DNA from: Anolis carolinensis
Lineage: Eukaryota
Length of the DNA stretch: 64,000 nucleotides
Assembly (NCBI RefSeq): GCF_035594765.1
Contig: NC_085845.1
Span: 192,898,897 to 192,962,896, forward strand
Direction: 5' to 3'
The position numbers were made by a program, and so were the translations under genes. The notes below the pieces were generated by a model that made no database searches, was not told the DNA's origin, and saw only the letters and a program-made list of their open reading frames with translations. Positions 36,871-49,508 of this stretch are shown one piece after another (position 1 is the first letter of the stretch; each line of letters opens with the position of its first letter).

Positions 36871-37861
36871 CTGAGGGGCAAAAGGAAAGGGCCTGAATGG
36901 TTTGGGTGATTTGCAAAAGCTTTTTTTTCCTAACGAAGAAAACGACGACATAACGAAAAACGGCCTCTCGCGATTCGAAACCGCGATATCAGACGTGTGG
37001 ACAACCAATGCTTCAAAATTGCTTCAAAACAAACGAAAATAACGAATTAATAACGGTTAACGGGGAAAACAAATTATTTGAGCAAGCCTAATAAATACAG
37101 TAATTACTTTGTAGCATTACTGCAAATTGAACTACTTTTTCTGCCAAATTTGTTGTATAACATGATGTTTTGGTGCTTAATTGGTAAAATCATAACCTAA
37201 TTTGATGTTTAATCGGCTTCTTCTTAATCTCTCCTTATTATCCAACATATTCACTTATCCAATGTTCTGCCGGCCTGTTTATGTTGGATAAGTGAGACTC
37301 TACTGTAGTGGTATCCAGAACTTGACATATTATTCTTGTTCATTTCTGACCAAAACAGAATTGAGTTGCACTATTGCTTTTCTTACAATGTTGACAAAGA
37401 TGTAACAGTTTTCATTTGGAATTGTATTTCTTCTCTATGTATATTTAAGGGATGTAATTTCAGTGTGTAGTTCTTGGAGTATGGGACATGCAATTTCAAG
37501 GGGGGTAAAAAGTTATCATGGGAGTGAAAGACCCATTCCGTCAAATGTATCTACGCACCATTCACAACTACAGTTTGCGTGTGTTTGAGATTTAGAACAT
37601 GGAAATGCCTGTCCTTCCTCCCTTCCACCCTCCCTTCCTTGTATTTATAGACAGCTTTATAACCAGGCTTTGTGACTCATGTATATGGTTTGCTTTAAAG
37701 TAATCGTGCTAGCAATGTATGCGAGTCTGTGCTAAGCCCTCTTTGTCCATGGCTTAAACTCTACAAGAACAAACCTCTTACTGGGGAATCTGTTTGTGGT
37801 CTGGGCTGACTGATTGTCATATTCTCTCCATAGCTTGTTCTCTCCAGTACTTGATCTCTCT

Positions 37862-38604
37862 CGGCAGAAAAAATGGAATGCAAAGATACAGAATGGGGGA
37901 CGCCTGGCTAGACAGCAGTACATGTGAAAAAGATCTTGGAGTCCTTGTGGACAACAAGTTAAACATGAGCCAGCAATGTGATGCAGCTGCTAAGAAAGCC
38001 AATGGGATTCTGGCCTGCATCAATAGGGGTATAGTGTCTAGATCCAGGGAAGTCATGCTCCCCCTCTATTCTGCCTTGGTCAGACCACACCTGGAATACT
38101 GTGTCCAATTCTGGGCACCACAGTTGAAGGGAGATGTTGACAAGCTGGAAGGTGTCCAGAGGAGGGCGACTAAAATGATCAAAGGTCTGGAGAACAAGCC
38201 CTATGAGGAGAGGCTTAAAGAACTGAGCATGTTTAGCCTGCAGAAGAGAAGGCTAAGAGGAGACATGATAGCCATGTACAAATATGTGAGGGGAAGTCAT
38301 AGGGTGGAGGGAGCAAGCTTGTTTTCTGCTGCCCTGCAGACTAGGACACGGAACAATGGCTTCAAACTACAGGAAAGGAGATTCCACCTGAACATCAGGA
38401 AGAACTTCCTCACTGTGAGAGCTGTTCGGCAGTGGAACTCTCTCCCCCGGACTGTGGTGGAGGCTCCTTCTTTGGAGGCTTTTAAGCAGAGGCTGGATGG
38501 CCATCTATCGGGGGTACTTTGAATGCGATTTCCTTCTTCTTGGCAGGGGGTTGGACTGGATGGCCCATGAGGTCTCTTCCAACTCTACTATTCTATGATT
38601 CTAT
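37862..38604 (+). mobile_element. Young 5'-truncated CR1 LINE (ORF2 C-terminus still open; ORF 37794-38522)
   Basis: EKDLGVLVDNKLNMSQQC..LYSALVRPHLEYCVQFWAP..QRRATKMIKGL..RRLRGDMI..WNSLP; ATTCTATGATTCTAT tail. Confidence 0.95.
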
Positions 38605-38609
38605 TATTT

Positions 38610-38611
<2 letters not shown>

Positions 38612-38657
<46 letters not shown>
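38612..38657. repeat. (CT)n microsatellite
   Basis: Read directly. Confidence 0.95.
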
Positions 38658-38660
<3 letters not shown>

Positions 38661-38868
38661 TCCTCCCCAACACTTTCTCATTCTCTCTCTGGAGTCCATG
38701 AAATTTCCCAGGTTCTGGAAGAGGTGAGAATGCCAGAAAATGAGATATAGTTTCTCAAACTTTATTTTGGATTTCACGTCCCAGAATTGGTCAAGGCAGT
38801 TGAGTCTTCTGGGAGCTGAGATCCAAAACACACTTATGACTGAAGTTTGGAAAATCACTAGTCAAGTT

Positions 38869-39003
38869 CAGTGGTTCTCAATCTGTGGGCCCCCAGATTT
38901 TTTCGCCTTCAACTCCCAGAAATCCTAACCGCTAGTAAACTGGCTGGAATTTCTGGGAGTTGCAGACCAAAACACCTGGGGACCCACATGTTGAGAACCA
39001 TTG
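38869..39003. mobile_element. Palindromic hAT MITE
   Basis: Same family as 25004-25138; TSD GTCAAGTT/GTCTAGTT. Confidence 0.85.
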
Positions 39004-40611
39004 GTCTAGTTGGATGGTAGGGTGGGGCTCTACCAGCAGGATCTTGGAGCATTTAAACAATTACTTCCATAGACATGGTGGAAGTCAATTGACTTGGAGT
39101 ATCACCCTACCCACCCTCCTCTGTTTAGGTAGATAATAATTTTTCAGGATGATAATTTTGTGTGGGAGTTTTCACCATGTGTAAGATTGATTGTGTCACA
39201 ACTTTGCCAGTTTTCACATCATTCTGGATTCCATTGTGATCACACTCTGTTTGTGGGGAGGTTTTCCTTAAGGGACTCTGTGGGGACAGCTGACAGGATT
39301 GTTCAGAGGTAGTTGGTTGTGCCCCATTTCCAGGTGGCAGGGAAAACATACAGTGGGTGTTGTCCATGTGGATTCCCATGTCTGTCATTCCAGGCACACC
39401 CAGAAAGGGGGATGCAGAAATTGGGATACATTTTTTTTGCTGGTGGGATTTCTGATGCCTGGGCTGTACATCATCAGCTGTAACCAATGAAGCAATGAAC
39501 TTCTTAATTCCAACAGTATTTGGTGTTCCATTTGCCAAGCAGAATCACTGGCTGGCTTCTGGATCTATTATATGACTTCCTTGTCCAAAGCTTGAAGTGA
39601 GTGAAGAGAACAAAAGGGGAAATACAGAGAGATCAGATAATGAGGAGAAAGGCTTTTTTCGAAGAAGGGTCTTTCACATCATTTGTAATTTTGCATTCAA
39701 CACAAAAGACTCTCCCAATATGCACTCAGGCTTAGTAATCATCCTTCCATCTGAGGATAAAGGTTTTATTTAGACCTGTGTGTTGATATATTATATGAAA
39801 TATTTAGTAAGGAAGCATGTAATATCTTACCTTACTACTTGAATCTGAAACCATATATGTTGTTGCCGTTGTTGTTATTATTGTTGATTGCTGTTAAAGT
39901 CAGTTTTGACCTGTGGGCCTTCAAGTCATTTCAGACCCATGAGTGACCCTAAGTCAAACCTATCATAGGGTATTCTTGGCAAAGTTTGTACTTTTTTCTG
40001 AGGTAGAGAGTGTGTGTCTTGTCCAAGGTTGCTACAGTGGGTTCTCACATTAGCTGGCCTAGATTTGTACCTTTCTTACTTTATTATTTTTATGTGTGTC
40101 TCCTTGTAGAAACAAAAAATACAAGACCAAATGTTATTCCGTTATCTTTAAGGTTTCCAACACCACAGGCGTATCATAGATCCTGAGACTTCAGCACTCC
40201 AACATGAGCTCTAGCGATGACTCCAGTGATGTCATTGAGCATGATACATTAGGCATCAACCATAATGGCACAGAGTAAATCAGACAAATAAAAAAGCACC
40301 ATGAATAATAAATGAGGAAAATATGTATATGCAGCATACCTTTCACAACAGTGCTCTCATCCTGAGATTTCTCCCCCTTATCCTAAGATGCAGAGAAGAG
40401 AAGCCAGGTCCTGAGAAAATTCCATAAGGAAAAAATAATCTATTCTCATATCCCATTTTTCAGCCAGTGAGGAAAAGTCATAGCCAACAAAAATGTGCTC
40501 AATTCTCTTGGACATAAGAATGGATGCGATATAGGATACTCACTTCTATATATAGTAAATAGTGGGTTGTGTCTGGGTAGTCAGGATGGCCTGGTTGAGG
40601 TAACAAACCTT

Positions 40612-40791
40612 AAGGTGAAGATAAAGGTTTCCCCTGACGTTAAGTCCAGTTGTGTCCGACTCTGGGGGTTGGTGCTCATCTCCATTTCTAAGCCGAAGAG
40701 CTGGCGTTGTCCGTAGACACCTCCAAGGTCATGTGGCCAGCATGACTGCATGGAGCGCACATTTGCATGTTTTTGAACTTCTAGGTTGGCA
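40612..40791 (-). mobile_element. Sauria SINE, partial, with an internal deletion
   Basis: 3' body only; head missing. Confidence 0.85.
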
Positions 40792-40809
40792 AACCTTAGA
40801 AGCATTTTA

Positions 40810-41051
40810 AATTTATTTATTTATTTATTTATTTATTTACAGCATTTATATTCCGCCCTTCTCACCCCGAAGGGGACTCAGGGCGGATCACATTACATAT
40901 ATAAGCAAACATTCAATGCCTTTTAACATAGAACAAAGACAAGACAAGCATAGGCTCTGAGCTGGCCTCGAACTCATGACCTCCTGGTCAGAGTGATTCA
41001 TTACAGTGATTCATTGCAGCTGCTCTCCAGCCTGCGCCACAGCCCGAGCCC
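40810..41051 (-). mobile_element. Short tRNA-derived SINE with L2-type tail
   Basis: Head GGGCTCGGGCTGTGGCGCAGGCTGG and B-box GAGTTCGAGGCC on the minus strand; tail shared with 30116-30596. Confidence 0.8.
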
Positions 41052-41419
41052 AACTGTAAGTGTAATTATCACTTACAGTCTTCCTTGCATCAGCCAAAAA
41101 GTAACTTTTCCCAAGTTCTGGTCAAGACAACCTGATAAATAGATAAGAGACTAGTTTTCCTTGTCTGACTAATGCTTGCCTGCTACTCTTTGAGTAAAGT
41201 TCATGTATGTAACTCTGGCTCTAGCTCAAGCATCCAAGCCCTGGGAAATGACCCTAAGGGTAAAGAACATGCACTCCAGATCTGGGTCAAGGAATAGCTT
41301 CCTCCTCACTATCCGCCTGGTCCCAAGAATCTTTGCAAGCCAGTTTAACTCTCCTTGTCTCCAGCTGCTGTGTGGCCTCAGCATAGCACAGCCTCTCCAC
41401 AGCACTTATGCAGATTATA

Positions 41420-41630
41420 GAGACTGGATATTCTGATTCATCACATCAGAACTGAGGCGGAGGATTACTGATGTGTAATCATGCACTGGTCGGCAAAGTT
41501 ACCACGTGGGGCCTTTTTGACAGAACTCTGTGAATTTGCTGCATTTTTCAAACAGCTGACAGCAACTCAACAAGGCAAAATGCATATGATGCTTTAATTT
41601 TATTCTTAACTGCACAGGAGTTTCCCCTTA
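41420..41630. promoter_or_regulatory. Candidate enhancer / conserved non-coding element
   Basis: Repeat-free; CACGTG, CAGCTG, two TGACAG, CATATG and TAAT sites. Confidence 0.25.
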
Positions 41631-42192
41631 CGTGCTCGCCTGCACACATACACGTATGCACAAAGCCATCTGTTGTTAGCGAGCAAGCAAATGCAGAGCG
41701 GGAGACACCTGTGTGCCAAATACGCACCAGCTGTGTGTTCTAATCCCTCACTAGACCAAAACACATGTCAGTGGATTGGCAAACGGAAGAATCTAGTTAA
41801 ACCTACAAAGCACAGTATTTTTCCCTTCCTTGTGTATCAGCTCTATTGTAGTTCCCTTTCTCTTGTACTTTTTTCCAGGCATATTTCCCAATTCCTCTTT
41901 GATCTTTGCATTTGTGTGTAAGCACAAAGATTTCGAACAACTGCATTTATAAATGCATTGCTTACAAGGACATCCCAATGAGAACAGCATACTCGAGCTT
42001 GAAGCTTCAACTCATGTGAACTCTTATCACAGGATTTGATCTACATGCTGATTCCATGTGTGCAACCAATATCACAAACCCCACCTATATACTGTATATA
42101 CTAATGTAAAACTCTAGGAATTTTCGACAAAAATCAACCTGAACTCTGACTAGAAATGAAGGTGACTAAATAAAAATGACTAAACTGAGGCT

Positions 42193-42462
42193 GGATTGTT
42201 GTATGTTTTCTGGGCTGTCTGGCCATGTTCCAGAACTATTCTCTCCTGACGTTTCGCCCACATCTATGGCAGGCATCCTCAGAGGTTGTGAGGTATGGAG
42301 AAACTAAGCAAGGAAGGTTTATATATCTGTGGAAAGTCCAGGGTGAGAGAAGAACTCTTGTCAGTTGGAGGCCAGTGTGAATGTTGTAATTAATCACCTT
42401 AATTGGCATTGAATAGCTTTATCTCCTAGCTTCTTCCTGCCTGGAAGCATTCTTTGTTCAGG
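42193..42462 (-). mobile_element. Penelope pLTR fragment
   Basis: Homologous to the other copies; best-preserved hammerhead. Confidence 0.82.
42241..42288 (-). ncRNA. Minimal type I hammerhead ribozyme (Penelope-associated)
   Basis: Minus strand CCT-CTGAGGA-TGCCTGC-CATAGAT-GTGGGC-GAAAC-GTC^AGG: CUGANGA core, stem II, GAAA, GUC cleavage triplet, CCT/AGG stem I. Confidence 0.7.
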
Positions 42463-42690
42463 CTGAGGCTGTCATACTTTGGACATATCATGAGATGAGA
42501 TGACTGGAAAAAATGAAAATGCTTGTTCAAATGAACGACAGTAAGAAAAAGAAGGAGACTGCACTACAGATGGAATTATTCAGTCAAGAAAGTGACAGCC
42601 ATGTCTTTGCAAGATGTCTGAGGCTCTTGGATTCTCTCCTTCATAGGGTCACTACAAGCCAAAGTCCACATGGCAACAAAAAACAACAAA
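42463..42690 (+). mobile_element. Degraded RTE/BovB 3' fragment
   Basis: LSYFGHIMR..LEKMKML and HRVT similarity; (CAA)-rich end. Confidence 0.6.
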
Positions 42691-44369
42691 TCAAAATTAG
42701 AAATAAAGTGGGTGTACCAAAATGTACTTTGTCTTTAAGATACATGCACAAGAGTTCAAAGTTAACTAAATATGAGACTCTTGCATATTGAATGAGACAT
42801 AGCTTGGTGGTCCATTGTAGGTTATTTCACATATTGTGTTGACCGAGAAAAACCTTCTCATTTTGCCACTTCAGGTGTACTTCTGCCATTAAGAACACGC
42901 TTTCTCTGGAGAAAGTGCTTTGTACTCCCTAAATCTTTTAACAGTCGTTGGTCACCAAGGTCAAGAAAAAACCCTATGCAAAGAATGTGTGTCTGCGTGA
43001 TGCATTCAACTTTGATGCATCCCAGAGAAAAATGATTAAGTTTTTAAAAGTTTGGATGACTTGACTCTAAGCACTGTTGACAGCTTCAAGACGCATCAGG
43101 CGGGCTGACATAATGCTCCTCTTGATGCTAGAGCTGTCAGAGTGGATCATGAATGGGAGCAGGATATAAAGTGAAGTGACATTTTTTGATGTGGGGCCTT
43201 GTGCCACAAAACTTGTGCTAATAATGAGTGTTTTGCAGTGAAAGCCCTGCTGCACAATACTGGGATAGTCTGGAGTCCATGCCCTTTAGCATGGCTTGAA
43301 TTACAGTTATGTCAGCTCCAGTTGGGGCATGTAACGTCAGTTCTGTATGGCAGATCTGCTCTGTTTTCCTTCAGGTAATGATAGTATGGAAGCATTGAAA
43401 AATCAAATTGATTGTGATAAAGAGATATTTTTGGAAACAGATACATGAAACAGGAGGCGCTACAAACTAATCCCCTGGTTGCATTCTTTTGCTTGACTCT
43501 ACTCAGCAACTTTAGTGACCCCATTGCCTTATAATAACTACTTGGAACCATTCCAGTAGAGCCATCTTTGGTGATATGTTTCTTAACCAGCGTAATGAAT
43601 ATAGGGGAGCAAATCTTGAACTTAACTTGTCCAGAGGGGCAAATAATTTAAGATCCAGATCTGTTTTCAGCATTATCCAAGGGCTTCAGTCTTTATCAAG
43701 ATTGGGCGAGTCATCCCCATAAAACTAGGTGTAGGGACCTCATCCCATGTATTCTGGGCTCCATTTCCATGCGCTTTGGAAATGGAGTCCCACGGAGCAC
43801 ATCACACAATATAAGGAATTGCATGGAAATGGAACCCTATCTAGTCATACACTTTGGATGAGTGAGAGGGACAGAAAGCATAAGGCATTCCACAGTTTTC
43901 AGTGGCTCATGTTTCAATGACCCATTCTTTTGACCCATTTGAATGATATTTAACATGTGACCCATTTGACATGTGGCCCATTTGAATTATATTTAACATG
44001 TGATCGGCTGTTTCATTATGCCTGCACAATGCCATTTTTTTTCTCACTATAATGTGAACAGGATTGTATTCTATAATTGTGATTTCTAATGTGTCTCTTT
44101 TCTTGTAATGTATTTTGGTCAAATACTTATATTTGTGCTTATAATACAGTAAATGCTCTTATAAGAAATGGGTAACCCATTCCAACAATTTCCCATTTTT
44201 GACAGTGTTTTGGTCCTTATCCTGTCAAATAAGTGAAGGGTGCATGTTTTAAAGACTTTTTAAAGATTCCTTTAATGCTTTTTATCAATGCATCCACAAA
44301 GTAGAATAAACACAGTTTGACACCACTTTAACTGCCCTGGCTCGATGCTATGGAATCCTAAAATATGTA

Positions 44370-44692
44370 CAGTAGAGTCTCACTTATCCAAGCCTCACTT
44401 ATCCAATGTTCTGGATTATCCAACGCATTTTTGTAGTCAATGTTTTCAATATATAGTGATATTTTGGTGCTAAATTCGTAAATACAGTAATTACTACTTA
44501 GCATTACTGCATATTGAACTACTTTTTCTGTCAAATTTGTTGTATAACATAATGTTTTGGTGCTTAATTTGTAAAATCATAACCTAATTTGATGTTTAAT
44601 AGGCTTTTCCTTAATCCCTCCTTATTATCCAACATATTCACTTATCCAACGTTCTGCTGGCCCGTTTATGTTGGATAAGTGAGACTGTACTG
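44370..44692. mobile_element. Mariner-type MITE inside a Harbinger-like MITE (~44288-44830)
   Basis: TIRs and TA TSD; host ends ATGCATCCACA / TGTGGATGCAT. Confidence 0.88.
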
Positions 44693-45384
44693 TAGTTTGG
44701 TGAGGCACCAGTATTTTTTGGTAGAGAATACCTTGTAAAACTACCATTCTCATGGTTCCATAGCTTTGAACTAATGCAGTTCAAGCAGTGTCCATTCCAA
44801 CTGCATTAATTTTACTGTGTGGATGCATCTTAAATCTAACCTTTTTTGTTCCAGCCAGAAGGTATATGTGGAGTGCAGGCAACATGCTGACTGGGTAGGG
44901 GAAAAGAAGCTATGTAAATAGAAAGACCACCTGGAATATCTTTGCAAGTTGAAACAATCAATTTATGAAACCTTGCAAAGTGTGGTATGCTGCTGCTACC
45001 TTGCTGAGATGGAGATCTGCACACAATCTTTTTTCTTGTCCAGACCTGAGGCCAAGAAATCTGGAAAATCTGTACTCTCATTTCCTACTAAAAAGTGATC
45101 CACAAAAACTGGAGATTTAGGGCCAGATCCAGAGATCTGGTAACCCTAAATTGAAATATCATACTTCGTTTCAGGTGCTCGGGCGTTTCTTCAGGTGGTA
45201 TCCCAGTACTTAATGGAGCAGGTCTGAACCCTTACATAATTTTTGTTTTTCTCTCAAGATCATACACCAAGTTTGGTGATACTGTGAAAAGGCATGCAAA
45301 TCTGTAAAACATGACCGAGAAAAACACTACAGTATAAATAACAGAAAAATACATGCAAAGCCACCAATAAATTTATTATAACTA

Positions 45385-45856
45385 CAGTAGAGTCTCACTT
45401 ATCCAACATAAATGGGCCAGCAGAATGTTGGATAAGTGAAAATGTTGGATAATAAGGAGGGATTAGGGAAATGCCTATTAAATGTCAAATTACGTTATGA
45501 TTTTACAATTTAAGCGCCAAAAACATTGTGTTTTACAACAAATTGACAGAAAAAGCAGTTCAACACACAGTAACGTTATGTAGTAATTACTGCATTTATA
45601 AATTTAGCACCAAAACATTGCAATACTGTATACTGAAAACATTGACTAAAAACATTGGCTACTGACAAATTGACAGCAAATATAGATAGAATTCCATAAA
45701 ATGAACTTACAGTAGCAACATTGTCGGAAATTATATCCATAAAAAGTTCAATCCTGGCTGCCTAGAGAAACAGCTGTGGATCAGGGCGGGAGGCAAACTG
45801 CATTAGATAATCCAGAACTTTGGATAAGCTAATGTTGGATAAGTGAGACTCTACTG
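45385..45856. mobile_element. Mariner-type MITE, longer variant, opposite orientation
   Basis: CAGTAGAGTCTCACTTATCCAAC TIRs, TA TSD. Confidence 0.88.
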
Positions 45857-46439
45857 TACATTGGGTTGGGGTTTGTAATGGGAAAACACTGAAAGATAGT
45901 TCACTGTTGTAAATGTACTGTGAAGATTGTGTTATGAGGCCATGTATGTGGTTTGCTCTTAAAGGATATATATTACTGTGTGGTCCAATTGTTGTAGACA
46001 TTTTGTCCATCAAACTAAGATCTTATACACATTGATAAAATAACATTTACATCCCTTTGGATCTCAAACAAACAAAGCCAAATGGCTTTTGATCCTTGAG
46101 GCCTTTTCATATATTTAATTCTTTTCAAGACAGTCTTTTGTGTTTTATATTATTATTGACTAAATTCAGCGGATTTGTGTACATTCTAGACCAAAAATTA
46201 ACAAAAGGCTCTTGTCATCACCCCCATCACATTGTACCTTTATTCGAGCACCTCTAGCTACAGGTGGAAGGATGAAGACGATTTATTTTATTTCTTCAAG
46301 CACACACACTCCTAGGGTGGGTTGGTGAGTTAACAAGGAATGACGGTTGGAGGCTATGGATTTAACGAAAAGGCAAACCCCTGGAAGGCAGAAGCGTGAG
46401 CCACAGCTTTTTGAAAAGTGCCCAGAGCTTGTAGCAAAT

Positions 46440-46580
46440 GATGGTCATCAGACTCTCTGCGCTCTGCTTCCTTCAGGGGACAATCCACTGCGTTTGACAA
46501 TTGATTGACAGCGTTTTTTCCATCGCCCGGTGGAGAAGGCCTTTCAAAGCAATGAACAGAAGTGGCAGGCAGCATGTCTT
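46440..46580. promoter_or_regulatory. Candidate enhancer with a PBX-MEIS/PREP decamer
   Basis: Exact TGATTGACAG at 46502-46511, TTCAAAG (TCF/LEF) nearby, several CpGs. Confidence 0.35.
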
Positions 46581-49185
46581 AAGGCACCAATATTACAGAT
46601 GCCAACAATTTATTTATTTATGTATGTATTTATGTATTGTATGGACAAGTATTCAATGCCACTGCACTTTTGCACAAATCCCAAAGCAATATGTAACAAT
46701 GCCACAGAACAATAGAAAAATCCAATACAAAAGTATACTGATAAGGGGAGGGGAACCATTGAATGCTGCCTTTATTGGACTTTATTAAAAATGGCTCAGC
46801 TTACAACCATGGCAAGTAGTCCACTTGTCATATGGCCAGTTTTGCAGTGAAAATGCTGATTCCAGCCATTAATCAGCACAAAGGGAACCACTAGTTACTC
46901 AATTCCAGAGTGACCCTGATGTTTTTGGGTATGGATAGCTGGATTGAACAGACTCACCAGTATATAGCTGGTTAGAAAGCTGATGAAATGGCCGGGTGCC
47001 CTTTTGTGACCTCATCAGAAATGTCCCAAAGCGCATACACATACAGTGTAATCATACATTGCCATCCGACCCTCAGTTTACACATGATCATTGAGCAGAA
47101 TGGTATCATTTTCCCATCCAGCCTTCTCTCCTAAATCTTTACATGAGGCCTTGATATCCATGGTGTTTGATATTCCCATAGATACCAAAATCCATTGATT
47201 CTCAAGCCCCATGATATACAATGGCATTGTAATATGATGTCCTTCATATCAAATGATAAAATCAAGGCTTACCTTTTGGATTTTTTAAAATATATATTTT
47301 CAAAGAATAGTTGGTTGACTCCATGGATACAGAGTCCATAAATATGGGCAGCCAACTATAGCTATAGCTAGTTTGGGTCATTTTAATTAAATTTCAAGGC
47401 GGGCTCTGAAGTAAGTAAGAAGGACTGGAGGAGGGAACAAACTGGTCATAACCAAAGAAAATGAAAGGTGACAAGTATGAGCCCTGTGGCAATATGTGTG
47501 TAAAAGTACAGCTTCAGTTGCCAGGGTGGGGTAAGAAAAACATGAAGGAATCGTGGTGGACCTTAGAGTCTAATAAGCTTTACTTGGCATAGGATTTAAT
47601 AGAGTATTGATTAATCAGTCTGTGGTCAGCATAAGGTTACGCCAAGTTAAACTTGTTAGTCTTTAAAGTGCCACAAGTGTCTATTTTATGGTTTCGGGTA
47701 TACTTTAAAAACTAACAAAAGACTACTCACAAAGTAGCCTGATGGTAGACAAAATATTCTAAATGGAGAGATACACAAAAGACACAACAAAACCAAACCG
47801 ATGCCATATAATTGTCATTAGTTCATGGTTCCTAGGGAGTTAGGATTTGTAGTTTGATGTTGTATCTTGAAGTAGCTACTAGAGTATCTCTAGTGATCTA
47901 GATGAGGAAGGCTCTAGACTAGAGATCTTAAGCAAAGTATTCTAAGTTCCTGGCCAAACTATAAATCTCAAGTTTCCATGGGATTATACCATAGCAGTTA
48001 ATGTGATGTCAACATGCTATCACTTTGTATTTTATATATATGTCAACATTTCAATTTTTTCCACCCTCATAGGAAGTGCTGTCAAGGAACTATCACTATG
48101 GGTGTAGGGAGGGGGGATGTTTTCTAATTGTATCCCAATAAACAAAAAATAAAGGAGAGTTACTAACAATGAGGATGGGCTCTTATTTCTTCGTAAAAGT
48201 CCTTCAGTGAAAACATATGCTCTCTGTTCAGAATGCAGAAAAAAGGAATTGTATTGCATTGTTCCCTTTGGTGCACTAGGGTGTAAATCACATCAGGTGA
48301 CACCAGTGATACCAAAATGAGTGTCTATAAAATTTCAGAAGAAATTTATTATTTTCAAAATACGTTTTAAAAATAAAAGTAGATATAATCCATAATGTTT
48401 TCATAAGCGCAGCTTACATGTACCGTTATCAATCAATATATCTAAACTCTAGGCTAATTTCCTTTTTGAGCTTTCTAATGTGCTCTGGTCAGAGCTGTAA
48501 TTATTATCCAGTTTTAAGATCACATGGTTTTGTCTGCAAATGTGCTTCACTGCTACTGGCATTTTATAGTTGTGGATTTTTTCAATTTGTCTGGTATTTT
48601 AGCTACAGTATTGTGGTATGGCCTGGTATGGGAAAAGCACATTGGGATGACCCCATGACTTGCCACACCCGATGACACCGACTTAGGGGCTGCCATTGTG
48701 CTAGAGCCTGCCAGACGTTTGTAGGAGCCTCTGTTTCATATCTGCATATCTAATAAATCTCTCCGCCTATCCACATGCTATGAAAGAATGCATCTCCTTC
48801 TCACTGCTAGAGAAGTCATATGAGAGGCAACCCTCAAATTCCTCAAGTAGCTGAGGTAAATAATTTAGCCTCTGTTGTAACTAGCATGCCTTTGAACACT
48901 TAGACTCCTATATTAGGCTCTGTTGCTTTGCTGTGTGCTTCTCCTCTTTTGTTTTCTTTCTCCATCATGGTTCTACAGTGTGGACTCTGGAATTCCTTCC
49001 TATCAAACCTTATCTATTTCAGATGTTCTCAGAGTTCATTAAAACATAACAGCTCTGTTTCCCATTCATGATGACCTTCTGTTGAATTACATAGTGAATT
49101 ATATAATGGGTTTGTGGTATCTGCTGGGTTTTGGTTCTAGAACCTGCCGTGGATACCAAAATCCATGGACATTCAAGTTCTATTA

Positions 49186-49508
49186 CAGTAGAGTCTCACT
49201 TACCCAACACTCACTTATCCAACGTTCTGGATTATCCAATGCATTTTTGTAGTCAATGTTTTCAAAGCATTGTGATATTTTGGTACTAAATTCGTAAATA
49301 CAGTAATTACTACATAGCATTAATGTGTGATGAACTACTTTTTCTGTTAAATTTGTTGTATAACATGATGTTTTGGTGCTTAATTTGTAAAATCATAACC
49401 TATTTTGATGTTTAAGAGGCTTTTTCTTTATCTCTCCTTATTATCCAACATATTCACTTATCCAACGTTCTGCTGGCCCGTTTATGTTGGATAAGTGAGA
49501 CTCTACTG
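49186..49508. mobile_element. Mariner-type MITE inside an older Tigger-like element (~49100-49630)
   Basis: TIRs and TA TSD. Confidence 0.88.

Larger units (their letters stand above)
35241..37090. mobile_element. Composite non-autonomous hAT transposon
   Basis: TIRs TAGGCTTG.TC / GA.CAAGCCTA; perfect 8-bp TSD ATAAATAC at 35233-35240 and 37091-37098; CpG-rich AACGAA/TTCGTT subterminal repeats at both ends. Confidence 0.88.
35142..37305. mobile_element. Mariner-type MITE split by a 1.85-kb hAT insertion
   Basis: TIRs at 35142 and 37305 with TA flanks; the two halves rejoin into the 34336-34643 sequence once the insert is removed. Confidence 0.9.
34790..37390 (-). mobile_element. Degraded CR1, split (34790-35140 and 37306-37390) by a MITE/hAT insertion
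   Basis: Minus-strand peptide IYKYLKNYHIEDGTNLFSAPE; CR1-like sequence resumes after the MITE end. Confidence 0.6.

Noticed and set aside
36674-36916. MAAAAAA peptide as a MECP2-like exon 1 of a resident gene
   Set aside because: Similarity is limited to the low-complexity ATG(GCC)n, and the segment lies inside a TSD-flanked transposon; kept only as possible captured cargo
37794-38522. 242-aa ORF as a host gene
   Set aside because: It is the CR1 ORF2 C-terminus; the start lies in flanking DNA and a CR1 tail follows
39125-39538. 137-aa minus-strand ORF (also 19486-20248 and 14291-14815)
   Set aside because: No recognisable homology; some overlap MITE or low-complexity DNA
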